The position numbers and the translations under genes were made by a program. A stretch of DNA of 63,886 nucleotides, counting the filler, from Craspedostauros australis (taxonomy: Eukaryota): NCBI GenBank assembly GCA_030167865.1. It is 10 parts of 10 records of this genome, joined end to end, with 100 filler letters (N's around TTAATTAATTAA, not from the genome) between each part and the next. Parts side by side here need not be neighbours in the genome. Positions count along the whole stretch, not along the records: positions 1 to 19,811 come from JALAGF010001114.1; 9 more parts are not named here. The stretch is one strand, 5' to 3'. This document shows, piece after piece, positions 1-12,596 of the stretch. The number at the start of each line of letters is the position of its first letter. Within the stretch, counting starts at the first letter, position 1. The notes under the pieces are model-generated. The model worked only from the letters and a program-made list of their open reading frames with translations. It was not told the DNA's origin and ran no database searches.

Positions 1-265
1 CAAGTCTCCAACCATCACATTCTGCGACAATAAGGCTGTGATCTCGAACACGACGATCGCGGACAGCCTGCTACAAAAGAAACATGTGGCAATATCGTTC
101 CACAGAGTGCGCGAGTCTGTTGGAGCCGGGATATTGGTCCCAATATACATTCCTTCGAAGCTCAACTTCGCGGATATGCTCACAAAGGCACTGGCACGGC
201 CAGATCTAACCACTTTTGTCACAGCCCTGTTCTACGGAGGTCATCCTCAAGATCAAGGGGCGTGA
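1..265 (+). mobile_element. Ty1/copia LTR retrotransposon pol, RNase H C-terminus (5'-partial)
   Basis: Translation FCDNKAVISNTT...LQKKHVAISFHRVRESV...SKLNFADMLTKAL matches the copia RNase H tail. Purine run CAAGGGGCG (254-262) followed by TG at 263 may be the PPT and 3' LTR start; the LTR end was not found. Confidence 0.88.
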
Positions 266-1714
266 CAGCTTTCACTGTACTTCTTACCTCTTTACTAATC
301 GTATTAATCAAATACTGGTCGGAGATTGTCCTCGGACAACTCACAATAAAACAACAAGAGCTCCGACCAGGGCACGCAACAACGGGCCAATCAGTCTCAG
401 TAGTTACTTGCATGTTTGACAGTTCCTCTGGCTGGACCTTTCGTATCGGCCGTGCTCGTGTGAGGAGGTGGTACTAATGCGACCTGAGACACATCAGCAG
501 AGTACTATGCTCTCTTAACACTCTCCAGAGTGCTCCATGCAACTGGCAACAACCTGGAGAATGAGGTGCGGTAGGAGAAAGAGGACACATTGGACAATCT
601 CTGCATCCATGGAGCAAACAAGCATGGCAAGGAGGTCACTTTCTGCGAGAGGGAGATACCATAGCTCGTACAATCCCGACCATCTCAAGCACAAGGAGGG
701 TTCCTCCACAAGAGGAGCATCATGCAGCTGCATACCGCAAGGGGCCTCGTGGGTCTTCGCCTCTCCATTCGTATAGTACGTAAGCCTGGATTGCATTCTT
801 TGCCACGCGCAGCAGGGCCGAGTTCTTTGATGGACGAAAGTCGGGTTGCGCCAAAATTGTCCGCACGGGTGAGATTGCCTGTACTGTGATGGGTTGAGCC
901 AGGTTGGGTCGAGGTTCGTTGATCCAATCATTCGTTCGCCAACAAAGACCTGATCTTGCTCACTCTGGAGAGTGGGGAATCCAATCGAGATGGAGGATGC
1001 TACGTGTACGTTCGCTTGCTTCGCTCCTCATGAAGGGCAGGTGATTGCGATCATCCCATGTGATGTGATCTGTTTGGCTCGTGGTTTCCAACAAGCACGA
1101 CGACGACGAGCTCCGTGTTTTATGATCTATTCTATTATATTCTATTTACTGTACATCATAGAATATAGTAGAATAGTAGATTGTACACGATCGATTCATG
1201 TTCTGAGCGCAGTGGCGCTGCGATGACATCTGTGCTTGTGTTTCGTGGAGTGTCTCCTCATGCAACAATACGCCATGCAACGCCTCGTGTCTCTACGGCC
1301 ATGCGTCCATGTCATATCATGTGGTGCTGCACTTGTAGGTATGGTGCGAATACATGCAATCTGTGCAGATCATAGTGTTTTGCATGCTCCGAACAGGCAG
1401 GCTCTGAAATGAATAGACATAATGCAACCATATGCTCCGCAGTAGCGAGGAAGATCGTGAGGATGGGATGCAGGTAATATGGCGCAACTGCTACACGCAC
1501 ACATGTGAGACTTTGCACCTGCGCGCGGGCTCTGTGTTGCCGCGGAAGAGTGTGGTGCCATGCCAAGCCCGGACTCTTCTGCGGCAGATACTCGACACCG
1601 TACCTATTCTTCCGACTATTATATATGCTAAGTACATGGAATACGAGTATGTTCGAAGAGTGCAACTATGCCATGCGCAGTTTAGTATTGCGCTTGCTTT
1701 ACTATTGTTTTTGC

Positions 1715-4123
1715 TTAGAATCCGAATGCGCCCATACCTTCTCTCTGCTCCTTGATGAAGGCTTCGTAGAACTGGAAGATGATGGTGACAGAGAGGAGGA
1801 TACCTGTTCCGGTTCCGATGGCTCCCATGAAGTCAGCGATGACGGAGAGGGCACCGATGCACATACCTCCGAATGCGGCTGCTGTTGGGATGTATCTGTT
1901 GAGGACGTGGATGAGAGCGGTGTCGCGGTGTCCCTTCATGACCATCTGGTTGTCGCGAAGCTGCTTGGCGACGTCGCGGGCGGAGGCTCCGGACACCTCG
2001 ATCCAGGTCTTACTGAAGAGAGCGCAGGCGGTCAGGATGAAGACGAGGTAGAAGACGGCGTGGAATGGATCGTAAATGATCTCCGCGAAGGAAGTTGGCG
2101 GGGAGATGTAGTAAGCGATTCCTCCGACTGGGATCTTCTGGCCAGCGCTTCCCTCGACGTCCTGCCACTTTCCAAGCAGACGAACCAAGATGTTCGTTGG
2201 GGCGCGGTTGTAGAGGAGCTGGGAGACGAAGTAAAGGTTGGAAACCAAAGCGGTTTGAAGGATGATGGGCATGTTGGAGGTGTAGAACAGCTTGATTGGG
2301 TAGTTGCCCTGCTGTCCGCGGTACTTCTGGTACTTGACCGGGAGATCGACGCGCCATCCCTGGAAGTAGATGACGATGACGAAGATCAGCACGGTGGCCA
2401 TGAGGTTGGTGAGGTTTGGAAGGTTCTGACGGTAGAGAGCCTCGCGGAGGGCGCGGACCTTGTCGTTACGGGTGATGAGCAAGTGGAAGAGGGCGATGAT
2501 GGCGCCTTCGAACTCGGTTCCACGTCCAGTGTTGATGGTGGTAGGGCTGAATGCCTTCCATACGATGGTCTCGCAAATGTTGGTCGCGATGAAGAGAGAG
2601 ATACCGGATCCAAGACCGTACCCCTTTTGCAACAGCTCGTCCAAAGTCAAAACGATCAATCCTGCGCAGAACAGCTGGGCGATGATCAGAATGGCGTTAC
2701 CGGCTCCGATGGATCCAAGGTCTCCGTACATTCCGCTGACGACGTAGGCAATGGCCTCACCGGTGGTGATGAGGATACCGAAAAGCTTCTGAGCTCCGCT
2801 GAAGAGGGCCCGATCTTCCTTGACGTTGTAGTCGACCTCGATAATGCGAGAACCGGCCAAGAGCTGCATGACAAGTCCAGATGTTACGATGGGGCTGATG
2901 CCCAGCTCCATGAGCGTTCCACGGTTGGATGCGAGGATGACGCGCATCCAGTAGAATGGATCAGATGACTTCGCGCTTTGCACTCCATAGATGGGGATTT
3001 GGCAGCAGACAAGGAAAATGAACAGCGTGATGGTTGTCCAGAGAAGCTTTTCTCGGAACGGAATCTGCGATCATCCAAGGCGTGCGGTGTTCGATCAGAG
3101 AGTGTGAGCCATCGTAATCGTCGAACGGGGTGACGCACCGATACATAGATGTACAGATGCACCAATGTAATGTATTGGAGGAATTGATCGGATTGTTGTG
3201 TTGATTTGACGCCAAGGCATGGCATGGCGTAGTGCGGCATAGGTATGACGGTGATGATCGTCAAGTCATGGTCACATCACGGCCATGCAGTTTCAGTGAC
3301 GCCGGTAAGCCATGACGACAGTTGTTGATGTCGATGTTGCGTCGCGTAGTGCCACGTCGCACCAGCCATCGCAGGCGGTTGGAATGGAAGCAATGGAATG
3401 GAATCGGTTTGGTGAGTCGGTGGATGCATTTGAGACAGAGAAGAGTATGAATGGAACCATGTGCGCAGTTGTTCACTGGGGCCAGGCTCGCGCGATGGAA
3501 TAGGACGACGGTGGTTGTGGCAGGCAATGAAATGCAATTCGATGCCACGCTATGTGAGCCACGTATCCCACTCAGCCGCTGGCAACCAAGGGCGGACAGG
3601 AGTTGGGAGAGACCATTGCACACGGCCGATCCTTCATTTCGTTCCGAAAACAGTCGCAATCAGACGGATATTGGCGATTGTACATGATGAAACCACCTGC
3701 AGCCCTGCATTCTTCGTGGACCCTGCTCCTTCCACGCTTCAACCCACTTCCTGCAATTCCAGTCGCAGTCGCAGTTGCCATTGCACCTGCAGTTACAAGC
3801 ACAGGATGTGGATGCAGGAGTGCATGAATGCGTGTGCGGACGTAGATGTGGACGGAGGGTGGCTGTGTGGCGTGGGTCATTGTTTTTTGGGTCCTTGTGA
3901 TGAGTCGGGTCACGAGTCACGGTACAAGTTGTACGCAATCCTGAACGTGCGGCTGAGCGAAGTCGGCATTTCGCGTGACCGTTCCGGGCAAGATCGTCGT
4001 CATCATCGTCATCGTGGCTGCAACACTGCTGCTGTTGCGCTTGCGGGTGCATACCTTGCGGTCCGGGCTGGCGACCTCAGGGAGGACGCACATGACCGGG
4101 CGGATCAGGTGAAGGAACCTCAT
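1715..4123 (-). CDS. SEC61A: Protein transport protein Sec61 subunit alpha; exons 4123-4055 and 3064-1715 (472 aa)
   Basis: Exon 1 [23 protein letters not shown], donor GTATG at 4054, acceptor CAG ending 3065, then [10 protein letters not shown]...[29 protein letters not shown]...[16 protein letters not shown]...GTGTGILL, all Sec61/SecY hallmarks. Confidence 0.97.
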
Positions 4124-5025
4124 GGTGGAAGCGTTGTCGGTGGGTAGTTGATTTGTGGAGCCAACGACCTTTGTTGATGTGTTGCTGTTGCTTCTGCTGT
4201 CGTGGCTGCTGTTTGTTTGGTTTTTCTGCGCCCGTTGTTGGCGTTGGTGTTGCCGTTCCCCTCGTGTGTCACTGTGCCTCTGTGCTCTGCGCACACTGCC
4301 GCGAGTGGTTTGGGTTTCGCGCGGTGCGGTTTGTTGTCGTGGAGTTTCGCGAGAACATTGCGTGTTTGTGTGTTGTGACCAACAGATGCCGTCTGTCCGC
4401 CCACTCTTCTGAGCTGTCCAGATGATGTTGGAAGCATCGAGTTGAATCATGGATAAAGCGTGAATCACGATCATTCCCGAACTGCCCGTGGTCCGATCGC
4501 CGACCGTCCTGATCTGTTCCAGTGAAAGACGACCAAAAACGATGCCTCCCAACCAAGCAAGATCTCGTCTCTTGAAACCGAACAACAAGAACGACAACAA
4601 CGACAACAACATCACCACACACAAAGAAGCGACGGAAGATACGACCACACACCATCTTCTCCCTTCACCTGTTATTTCCACATCTTGACTGATCGGTGCC
4701 GTGCACATGCCATACCAATACGACTACGACTACATGCGTGGCTGGAGTTGATCACAAGTGCAAGTTCTGCAACATTGACAGCCGTGGCATCCATACTATT
4801 ATCTGAGTTGCATACGACGAGAGTACTCATATAATACCATCCTCTACCATTCTCTGCATACCGTGCTGTTCGCAGTACACTGACGATTAAGAGTACCATA
4901 ACTCGTGTAGTGCAGTCAGTTCGGAGCCGCACAAGAGACAGAAGCATTCAATCAGCCACAAAAAGTGGACAACTGCAAGCACAAGCACAAGCACGAGCTC
5001 CTCGCACAACCAACAGAGAAGCACC

Positions 5026-6656
5026 ATGACGGAGCCCAAAGCAGAGCCAACGGCAGAAGGGGCGACAGGAACGCCACCGCCATTCGCCAACACGTCGGGC
5101 AACGATGAGATCCCGTCGTTCAACGGCGATGCCAAGGCCAAGGCCACCGACTTTGCCAACTACTTCTGCTCTTACGCGCAGCTCTACCACCAAAAGCAGA
5201 TGCTTGCGGATCACAACCGCATGGCGGCCTACCATGCAGCCATTCTGGGCAACTCGGATGCCTTCAAGGACAAGGTCGTCATGGACGTCGGTACGGGTTC
5301 GGGCATCTTGGCGGTCTGGGCTGCTCAGGCTGGTGCCAGGAAGGTTTACGCAAGTGAGTTGCCCATTGCCTTCGTTGCTTCTGCTGCTGCTGCTGCTGGC
5401 ATCTGTTGTATTGATCGTAATGTACCATTATATAACATTATATATTGTATTTTATATTAGTATATATCGTATTGTGTTATACGTCACCGTCTCGCATTTG
5501 CTTCATCCCGTAAAATACTCACCGCAAAATCTCTCCCAACTCAACATGTGTACATACCACACGTCTCTCCTGCATTCATGTATCTCTCTCATCCATCTTC
5601 TTCTCTGTGACGCCACCACAATTTTCTCCATTCCTCTCTCTCTCTCTGGCTCTTGCGTTGTCTACCACACCCTCAGTCGAGTACACTGACATGGCAAAGC
5701 ATGCGGAGAAGGTCATGGAGGCCAACGGAGTTGGGGACATCGTCACCGTCATCCAAGGGGCCGTCGAAGAAATCGAGCTGCCCATGGAGAAGGACTCCTT
5801 GGAATCCGACAGCCCCGAAGATCACCCGCACCGCTGCGTCGATATCATCATCAGCGAATGGATGGGATACTTCCTCCTCCGCGAGAGCATGATGGACTCT
5901 CTCCTTCGTGCGAGAGACAAATTCTTGAAGCCGGCAACCGGCCTCATGTTCCCGTCACACACCACCATGTACATTGCGCCAGTACAAGATGACGAGGAGC
6001 GTCGAACGAACGGCACCGAATATGCCAACGCCATGTCCGACTGGAATGACTTCCAGGAAACCACCAAGCAGGTCTACGGCGTCGACATGTCCATCCTTCA
6101 AAAGGGCTTCGACAAGGAGCAGAAGGATTTCTACCTGTGGAGCTCAAGATGGACGGAGCTGCCACCGGAGGCCGTCCTGGCAGAACCAAAGGCCATCAAG
6201 CGGTACGACATGATGACATGCACCCTGCAGGAGGCCCGCGGCATCCCCGCCGATGACGGCCACAACGACTTCGATTTCTCCATCGATGGATCGACTACGG
6301 CCGGTCCAATCTCGGGGCTGGCCGGTTGGTTCACAGCGGACTTCCAAAGCCGCACGGATGAGGCCGGAGCAGCTGCGCCCAAGTTGTTGCAACCGGCCTT
6401 CCTGTCCACGGGGCCAGAAAATGGATACACACATTGGGGTCAGCAGACGTTTTACTTCCAATCCAGCATCCCCCTTCTCAAGGGCCAGACGACCCGCCTG
6501 AAGGGCGAGGTGGAGATGATGAGAACGAAGGAGAACTCGCGACTGTACAACTGCCGCATCGCCTACACCTCCTCGCGAAAGAAGAATGAAGCGGACAAGG
6601 ATGCGCCACCCTTGATGCAGAGCGAGCTGACGGAGCAAGTGTATCAGATCCCGTAA
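5026..6656 (+). CDS. Protein arginine N-methyltransferase, PRMT10-like; exons 5026-5353 and 5677-6656
   Basis: YFCSYAQLYHQKQML, motif I VMDVGTGSGILA, double-E loop VDIIISEWMGYFLLRESM and THW loop. Intron GTGAG(5354)...CAG(5676) restores YA-I-EY. The N-terminus resembles plant PRMT10. Confidence 0.93.
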
Positions 6657-7778
6657 ATGAATGGCATCAGCGTGGCATCACAGGATATCGAATGGCACAG
6701 AAATGACATGGTGTGAAGAATTTGGTAGAATATCACATTGCTCGTGTGTCATGGGCTGCTGTGGTACCTGCCCTTCTTCTCTGATTCTGGCACGGCACTG
6801 TCATCGAAATTGACACGGATTACCAAATAATGGCAAACTCCTCTACTCAACAAGTACTAGTACTAGGACGAGCACAACTATGGTGTAATACTCTCGCAAC
6901 CAGTCTGGGTACCCAACAAACAAATTGAACGTACCGTACTTTGATGCAGTTGTGACACGGGAGAACAGTCGACCATGTTTTGTTTTTTCCACCAAATGTA
7001 CCATGCGACTACAAAGGGTTGTATACGGGCTACCCACAATTGCGTAGGAATCATTGGGCTGTGAGTTTCATCCGAGAGATAGATAGGCGTTGGAAGGGAA
7101 TGACTACATGGTGTTTCTGGTCTCTTGTGTTGCTGCGAAGTGAGCCGGTGACAGCCCTGCTGCCACTGAAAAATGTGAATGAACATACGCTTCCGCATAC
7201 GCGACACCACATACGAGTACTGCCATCGTCATGTCAAGATCACAGTGCAGGATAGAGCACGAGGCAGAGTACTAAACTTGCTTGCTTACTTGTATGTTTG
7301 TTGTTTGTGCTTGCCAAGTGCTGATACGTTGTCTGTGACGAAACGTGGGCACTTCGCTGTGCTATGTCCAAGCAGACCGTGGTTGTTGCGTTCCTATCAA
7401 TAAGCGTTGCAACTTTCCGCGCCGCTGCTGCAGCTGCTATTGTTAGTGTTGATGATGGCCACGGCGGTGATTTGATAGATTCTTGCATTGTGTTGTATTG
7501 CATTGCACTGCAAGGACCCGAAAGTGTACTCGTGTGCTGGTGGGCGGTAGGTTGAACGGAGACGTTGAACGGAGACAATAACATTGAGGACATGGAGGAT
7601 GATACTCGGTCAAATCCTGAAAGATGTGGTGGCATGGTGGGTAAGGCTCGGTTGAATTGGAAGCAGGCTGGAAGGATTGAAAGATGGAAGGAAGGAGCGA
7701 ACGAAGGCAGAGGAGCAACCGGTCTAGTCGCACGAAAGAAAGGGCAGTGCGCAAGTCCTCTCATCTTGCTCATTCTGC

Positions 7779-10512
7779 TCATGGACGCGACCTCGGCCTG
7801 GACGAAGAGCGCTCGGCCTCTTCTTCCTGATCGATTGGCTGCGATGCCGCTGGTTCTGCCGACTGTGGCCGTGGTCGGCCAGATGGCTGAGGCCATTGTG
7901 GTCGTTCCCTGGAGTAATCCGCTTGGCTTCGCGAATGCGGGAGCGGCGGCATAGGGAAATGAGCCTCTGGCTGGATGTTCATCCTCTGATCTGACATTCC
8001 CGGCGGGGTGAACCCATGCGGCGAAGAAAACAATGACGATGGCATGCCGAAACTGCTGTTCGGTGACTGCAACGGCATGGACAGCAACGCCTGTTGGTGT
8101 GCGCCCGGCGAAGGAGGACGGTCGCGAGAGGGTTGGATCGTCCTATTCTCCGCGTGAGACTGGCCACCTTGCGCGCCTTGATCGCGCGGTGGCTGGAATG
8201 GATTCCCATCGGCACTTCTGGTCCGGAAAGGGGATTGAGTTCTATCACCCGGAGATCGGTGAGGTTCTCGGCCTCGAGAGTGTTCTCGATGACGCTGACC
8301 TTCATGGTGCGATGGAGGGTACGGCTCGGTACGTCTGTCATCCATGGGCGGAGGATGAGAGTACCCCTCGGGTCCATGATGCTCATGTTCACGGCCTGGT
8401 GTCGGCGGTGGTGGGTTATGAGCCTTGTCATGCGGTGGATGTCCACCATGCGGAGGCTGAGCACCATGCGGCGGCTGCGCATGATGGCGTGGATGGTGCG
8501 AATGATGATGTGACGGCGGTGGCGGGTAGTATCCCGAAGTTGGCGGTGGCGGCTGTGTTCCTCTGTATCCCGACGGTCCAGGTGGAGGTGGCGGTTGACC
8601 CCAGGCCGAGTCCTGGTAGTACGGATACCCCGGAGGTGGTGGTGGCGGCATGGATGGCGGTGGCCCGCCATGATCCCGTCCGTATGCTCTTGGCTTCTCG
8701 GATGGTCGGAACGAAGGTGAAGGTCGGCCGCCACCATACCCCGGCCCCCATTCGGGCGCATGCGGTGGTGGCGGTGACCGTTGCGGCATGCCCTCGAAGC
8801 GAGAATGCGGGTTCTGCATGTGCTGCTGCTGCTGCTGCTCTTCGTCGGCCCTTGGTCGTTGGCGACCGTGATGCGGATCGGCACGAGGGTAGCGGTGCGG
8901 AATTTCCCCTCCGGACCTTCCCTTGCCACCCTGACTGTCATCCTTCGGTTTGCCTTGCCCATGTTCGGGTGGTGCCGACGATGGCTTCGACGTGAACTCG
9001 CCTTGCTCCCTGCCGTGCCCGGCTGCCATGCGCTTCTCGTCAGCTGTTGGCTGGACAAGGTAGACATCAATTGGTTCGCCCTTGTTTGATCCACCGGATC
9101 CCCTGCCCGATGGATGTGCTCGTTCGCTGCCCTTGCTGCTGAGCGACATCTCGAACTTCTGCTGGCTCTCGACCCCTTGGACGCTGGGCACCTCCAGCGA
9201 GGTGCCCGATGGCGCGCGGATCCCGATCACGGTGTCCCTCCTGTAATCTGGCATGCCCGTGATGTCGTTGAACTTGATGTACATGTGATCAGCCACGTTT
9301 CCATGCATGCCCGGTGGCAAGTACGCGGCGCTGCTGCCTGTGGCTGGCTGCTTGCCACTGAACACCTCAGCTTGTTGCGAAAGATACTTGAGGTAGTTGT
9401 CAAGCTGCTTCTCTTCCTCCTTGAGCTTGGCCAGATGTGTCTGCATCTTCTTGTACTCTTCCTCGTTGGAGATATTGGTCGTCTTGTTGATACGTGGAGG
9501 GCTCCCAATCCCGTCGCTGCCCTTCTCCCTTCCCTTCACGGGTGTCGCCGGTGGACGAGTGATCGTTTCTGGTGGATCATCGTTCCATGACACATGGTTC
9601 TTCCCCTTCTTTACTAGCAACCCAATTCCCTCCAGCACATTCTGTCGCGGTGGTTGGGTTTGTGAACGGCGGTGAAGCCAATATACAAGTCGGTGTTGAT
9701 TGGCGGAACACAAGATGGATCAGAAAGGCACCGCGAGAGACGAAGCACAAAGCAGCGCGTTCACTTGTGACGAGTCACAACGTCGTTGGTGCCATGGATA
9801 CAACCAGGCCTGCAACAGGCGAAAACGCAAGCACAAGTCCAGCAAGACTGCAGATGCACGCGAATACGCCGACGTGCACAGGACAGTAAGAACTCACCGT
9901 GATATCGTAGATTCTGCGCTTCTGAACTCCCAAGGCCTTGGCGGCCTGGTTCAGATCGAGCGTGTTATCGACGGATGCTCGAAGTATTTGCACAAACTTC
10001 TTCGTCAAGATCCCCAAAGACGAATCGTATCTTGATTGGCTCGTCGTAGACGATGGCGTTCCCGATAGCCCAGCAGCCCCAGACTGTTTCGAACTCGCTG
10101 ACAGCGGAGGCGATCCTCGTGGGGAAGGTGCGAACATCGACCGTGGACCCCCTGTCGTTGGTGCAATAGGAGGCGGTGTTGCAAAGTGCCCATTCATGAA
10201 TAGGTTGCGTGGTGAGACATAGTTGCCGGGAGACATGGTCAAGAGCGATGAGTCCGAACCCGACATTGGCATTGATACGTGGATCGTTTTCAATGGCGTT
10301 TGATAGATCGATTCATTCGTCCCATCAACGTTCGCATGATGATGATCATCATGAAGGTCGATGTCGCCATGGTTGTGGTTGTGGTTGTGGTTGTGTTCAT
10401 GTTGGATATCATCATCGTCATTGGCAATGGCAATGGCAATTGCGTCCATGGTAACATCAGCGTCAGTTTCAGGGTCGTTACCAAAGTTAGAGATGCAACC
10501 GTCGTTTTCCAT
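7779..10512 (-). CDS. E2F: E2F transcription factor (winged-helix DBD, coiled coil, marked box, long P/H/Q-rich C-terminus); intron 9642-9897; start uncertain
   Basis: [14 protein letters not shown]...[21 protein letters not shown]...KNHVSW is joined by a GTGAG...CAG intron. Marked-box [13 protein letters not shown]...PIDVYLV. The start could be 10833, 10512 or an upstream exon at 12596. Confidence 0.92.
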
Positions 10513-11965
10513 GGTAAGGTTGGAGTCGGAATGATGCACGGGATGATGATTCGGAACGTTTGGGTTTTGGTTTTCGTTGGTTTCGTTGGTGGAGTAGGGT
10601 GACACGAGCGGAAGAGCCACATCAACACCATCAGCGCGATCAAGGTTGTGATTGTGGGGGTGGAGTCCATGGGAGATTGTGTCATCACGGCCATTCAATG
10701 GATGGAATGCAGGATTGATGTATCGTAGCGTGGGTGTGATCATGAAGCATGGTTGAGCATTGTATTGGAGTTGTTTTTGACGATACCATTTTGAGACAAA
10801 ATAGTCACGTCCGATGGGTGCCGATGAGTCCATTGATCAAGGATTGATTGAGAGGTAGCAAGATGTTATGGATGGATGGATGGATGAATAGGCGGCGATG
10901 ATGATTTGAGGAAGGAGACGGCGATGTTGTGGCATTCGCGACGGGCGGAATCACCAGATTCGATCAACATTGATGATTCGATTTGTGGATGCAACCAAAG
11001 ATCGATGTAGCATTTTCGTGGGATCGTGGGGTACGCCATATGACGCAATGATGAAGTGCATGATGCATGTTCCAATGATTGGGAACAAGCAGCGGTGTGC
11101 AATTATTGGTGAAAAAAGAGACGGAGTTGTGGGGAGAAGGAAGGAGGACTTTCGGTTAGTTCTGATGCAATCGATACATTAGCTGCGAGACTGCGAGATG
11201 GAGCAACAGCAAGCACAGCCTGACGAGCAAGATAGGCCGCCAGACCTTCAGGTGTCCGTGGATGAGGGTCGTCAAAGAGCGTCAACGGTAGAGGCGGCCG
11301 CATGGTCGAGTCGGCAAAGCTCGAACACGAGCTGGTTGTCTGTGCTCATCGCGCCTCAACGCTGTGGATGTCAGGCACCACCCGTTGCCGATGTCTTCAC
11401 GAGCACGCTGACGATGAATGGATGGGCTGTGGGCATTCGCTGCTTGGCGTTGGAGATTGCTGGCCGAGCGTTGGATGTGAGGAAGTGGGGATAGACCGTT
11501 GGGTTTGCCTCTGGGTGGATACTGGCAGACGCCGACGTGTGTGTTCTTGGCAGTTTGCCGAATTGTGTTGGTGTCGCGGATGAAGTTTTTGGCGCGAAAC
11601 CGCCCCGCTCGATGCTGCTTCCAAGAATTGTATAGGAATTTAACGGTCATCATAACGTCTCCGGACACATATAAGACCCGGAACCGAAACTGATGATGAA
11701 AGATCTTGGGCCCCGAATGCCTTGCTCCGGAATGTAAATCTTCAGCCATGAGGATCTGTATCGGCCTTGCCTCTCGTCACTTAGTGGTGAAGTCGTCGAA
11801 AAATTCGGTACTTAGGGCCCATCTCGTTTCCTTCATAGGGGCTCGGGAGATACCGCCAACTGATGCCATCTTCGGACATGAAGATGTGCACAACAAACAA
11901 CCGTTGGCGCAACGACACAGATTGCAAGTCAAAACACTGGGTGGAGATGCAGTTTGTGGGCTTAC

Positions 11966-12596
11966 CTGATGCTGTTCTTGCTGTAGCTGTAGCAGCTGAT
12001 CCCATCACCCCTGTAGCTGGTCGTCCACGTTTGCTGGGGGAGATGGCACTCCCTGGCGTGATAGCGCGCCGTTTGGATCCCGATGGTGGGCTCATGAACT
12101 CCGCGGGTGGCATATGGAGGCTGGATGCCTCTGGCGTGACAGCGCTTCTCGAACCGTATCGCATATGCGGTGGAGGGAAACCCCGAGCTCCCTCCATCGG
12201 TGGAGATGCTGTCGGATCCATGCCTGGTGGCTGATGATGTGCGTACCTCGAGGCGTACGGAGGGGGCTGGGGGTGCCCGTACGGACCTCTCGCATGGTGG
12301 GGCGGATGCGATGGATGCTGAGGGTAAGGCGGCATTTGCGATTGCGAATGAGGCAGTGGAGGCGGCTGCGTGTGGGACAGATGATGCGGGTATTGCTGAT
12401 GCTGCTGCGGTTGTTGATGATGCTGCTGCTGCGATGGATGCGGAGGAGGATGGTGCGAAGGAGGATGGTGTGGCGGATAGTGGTGACGCGATGGGTAGTG
12501 CGGATGCTGCTGTTGATGCGGGTGAAACTGCTGACTCTCGTGGTGCCCTTCGTCTGGGTCTCGATTGGGCACCGCTCGTTGCTTCTGATCCGACAT
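11966..12596 (-). CDS. His/Pro/Gln-rich coding exon ending in a splice donor; probable first exon of the E2F gene
   Basis: ATG at 12596 opens an H/P/Q-rich frame with SP/TP motifs and a basic SPSKRGR patch, ending TCAG|GTAAG at 11965 (phase 1). Composition resembles the E2F tail on the same strand. Confidence 0.55.

Noticed and set aside
1505..2968. 487-aa plus-strand ORF, and similar long antisense ORFs (8033-8995, 17845-18714, 30058-30795, 38127-38867, 39457-40638)
   Set aside because: Antisense shadows of real genes, produced by GC3-rich codon usage.
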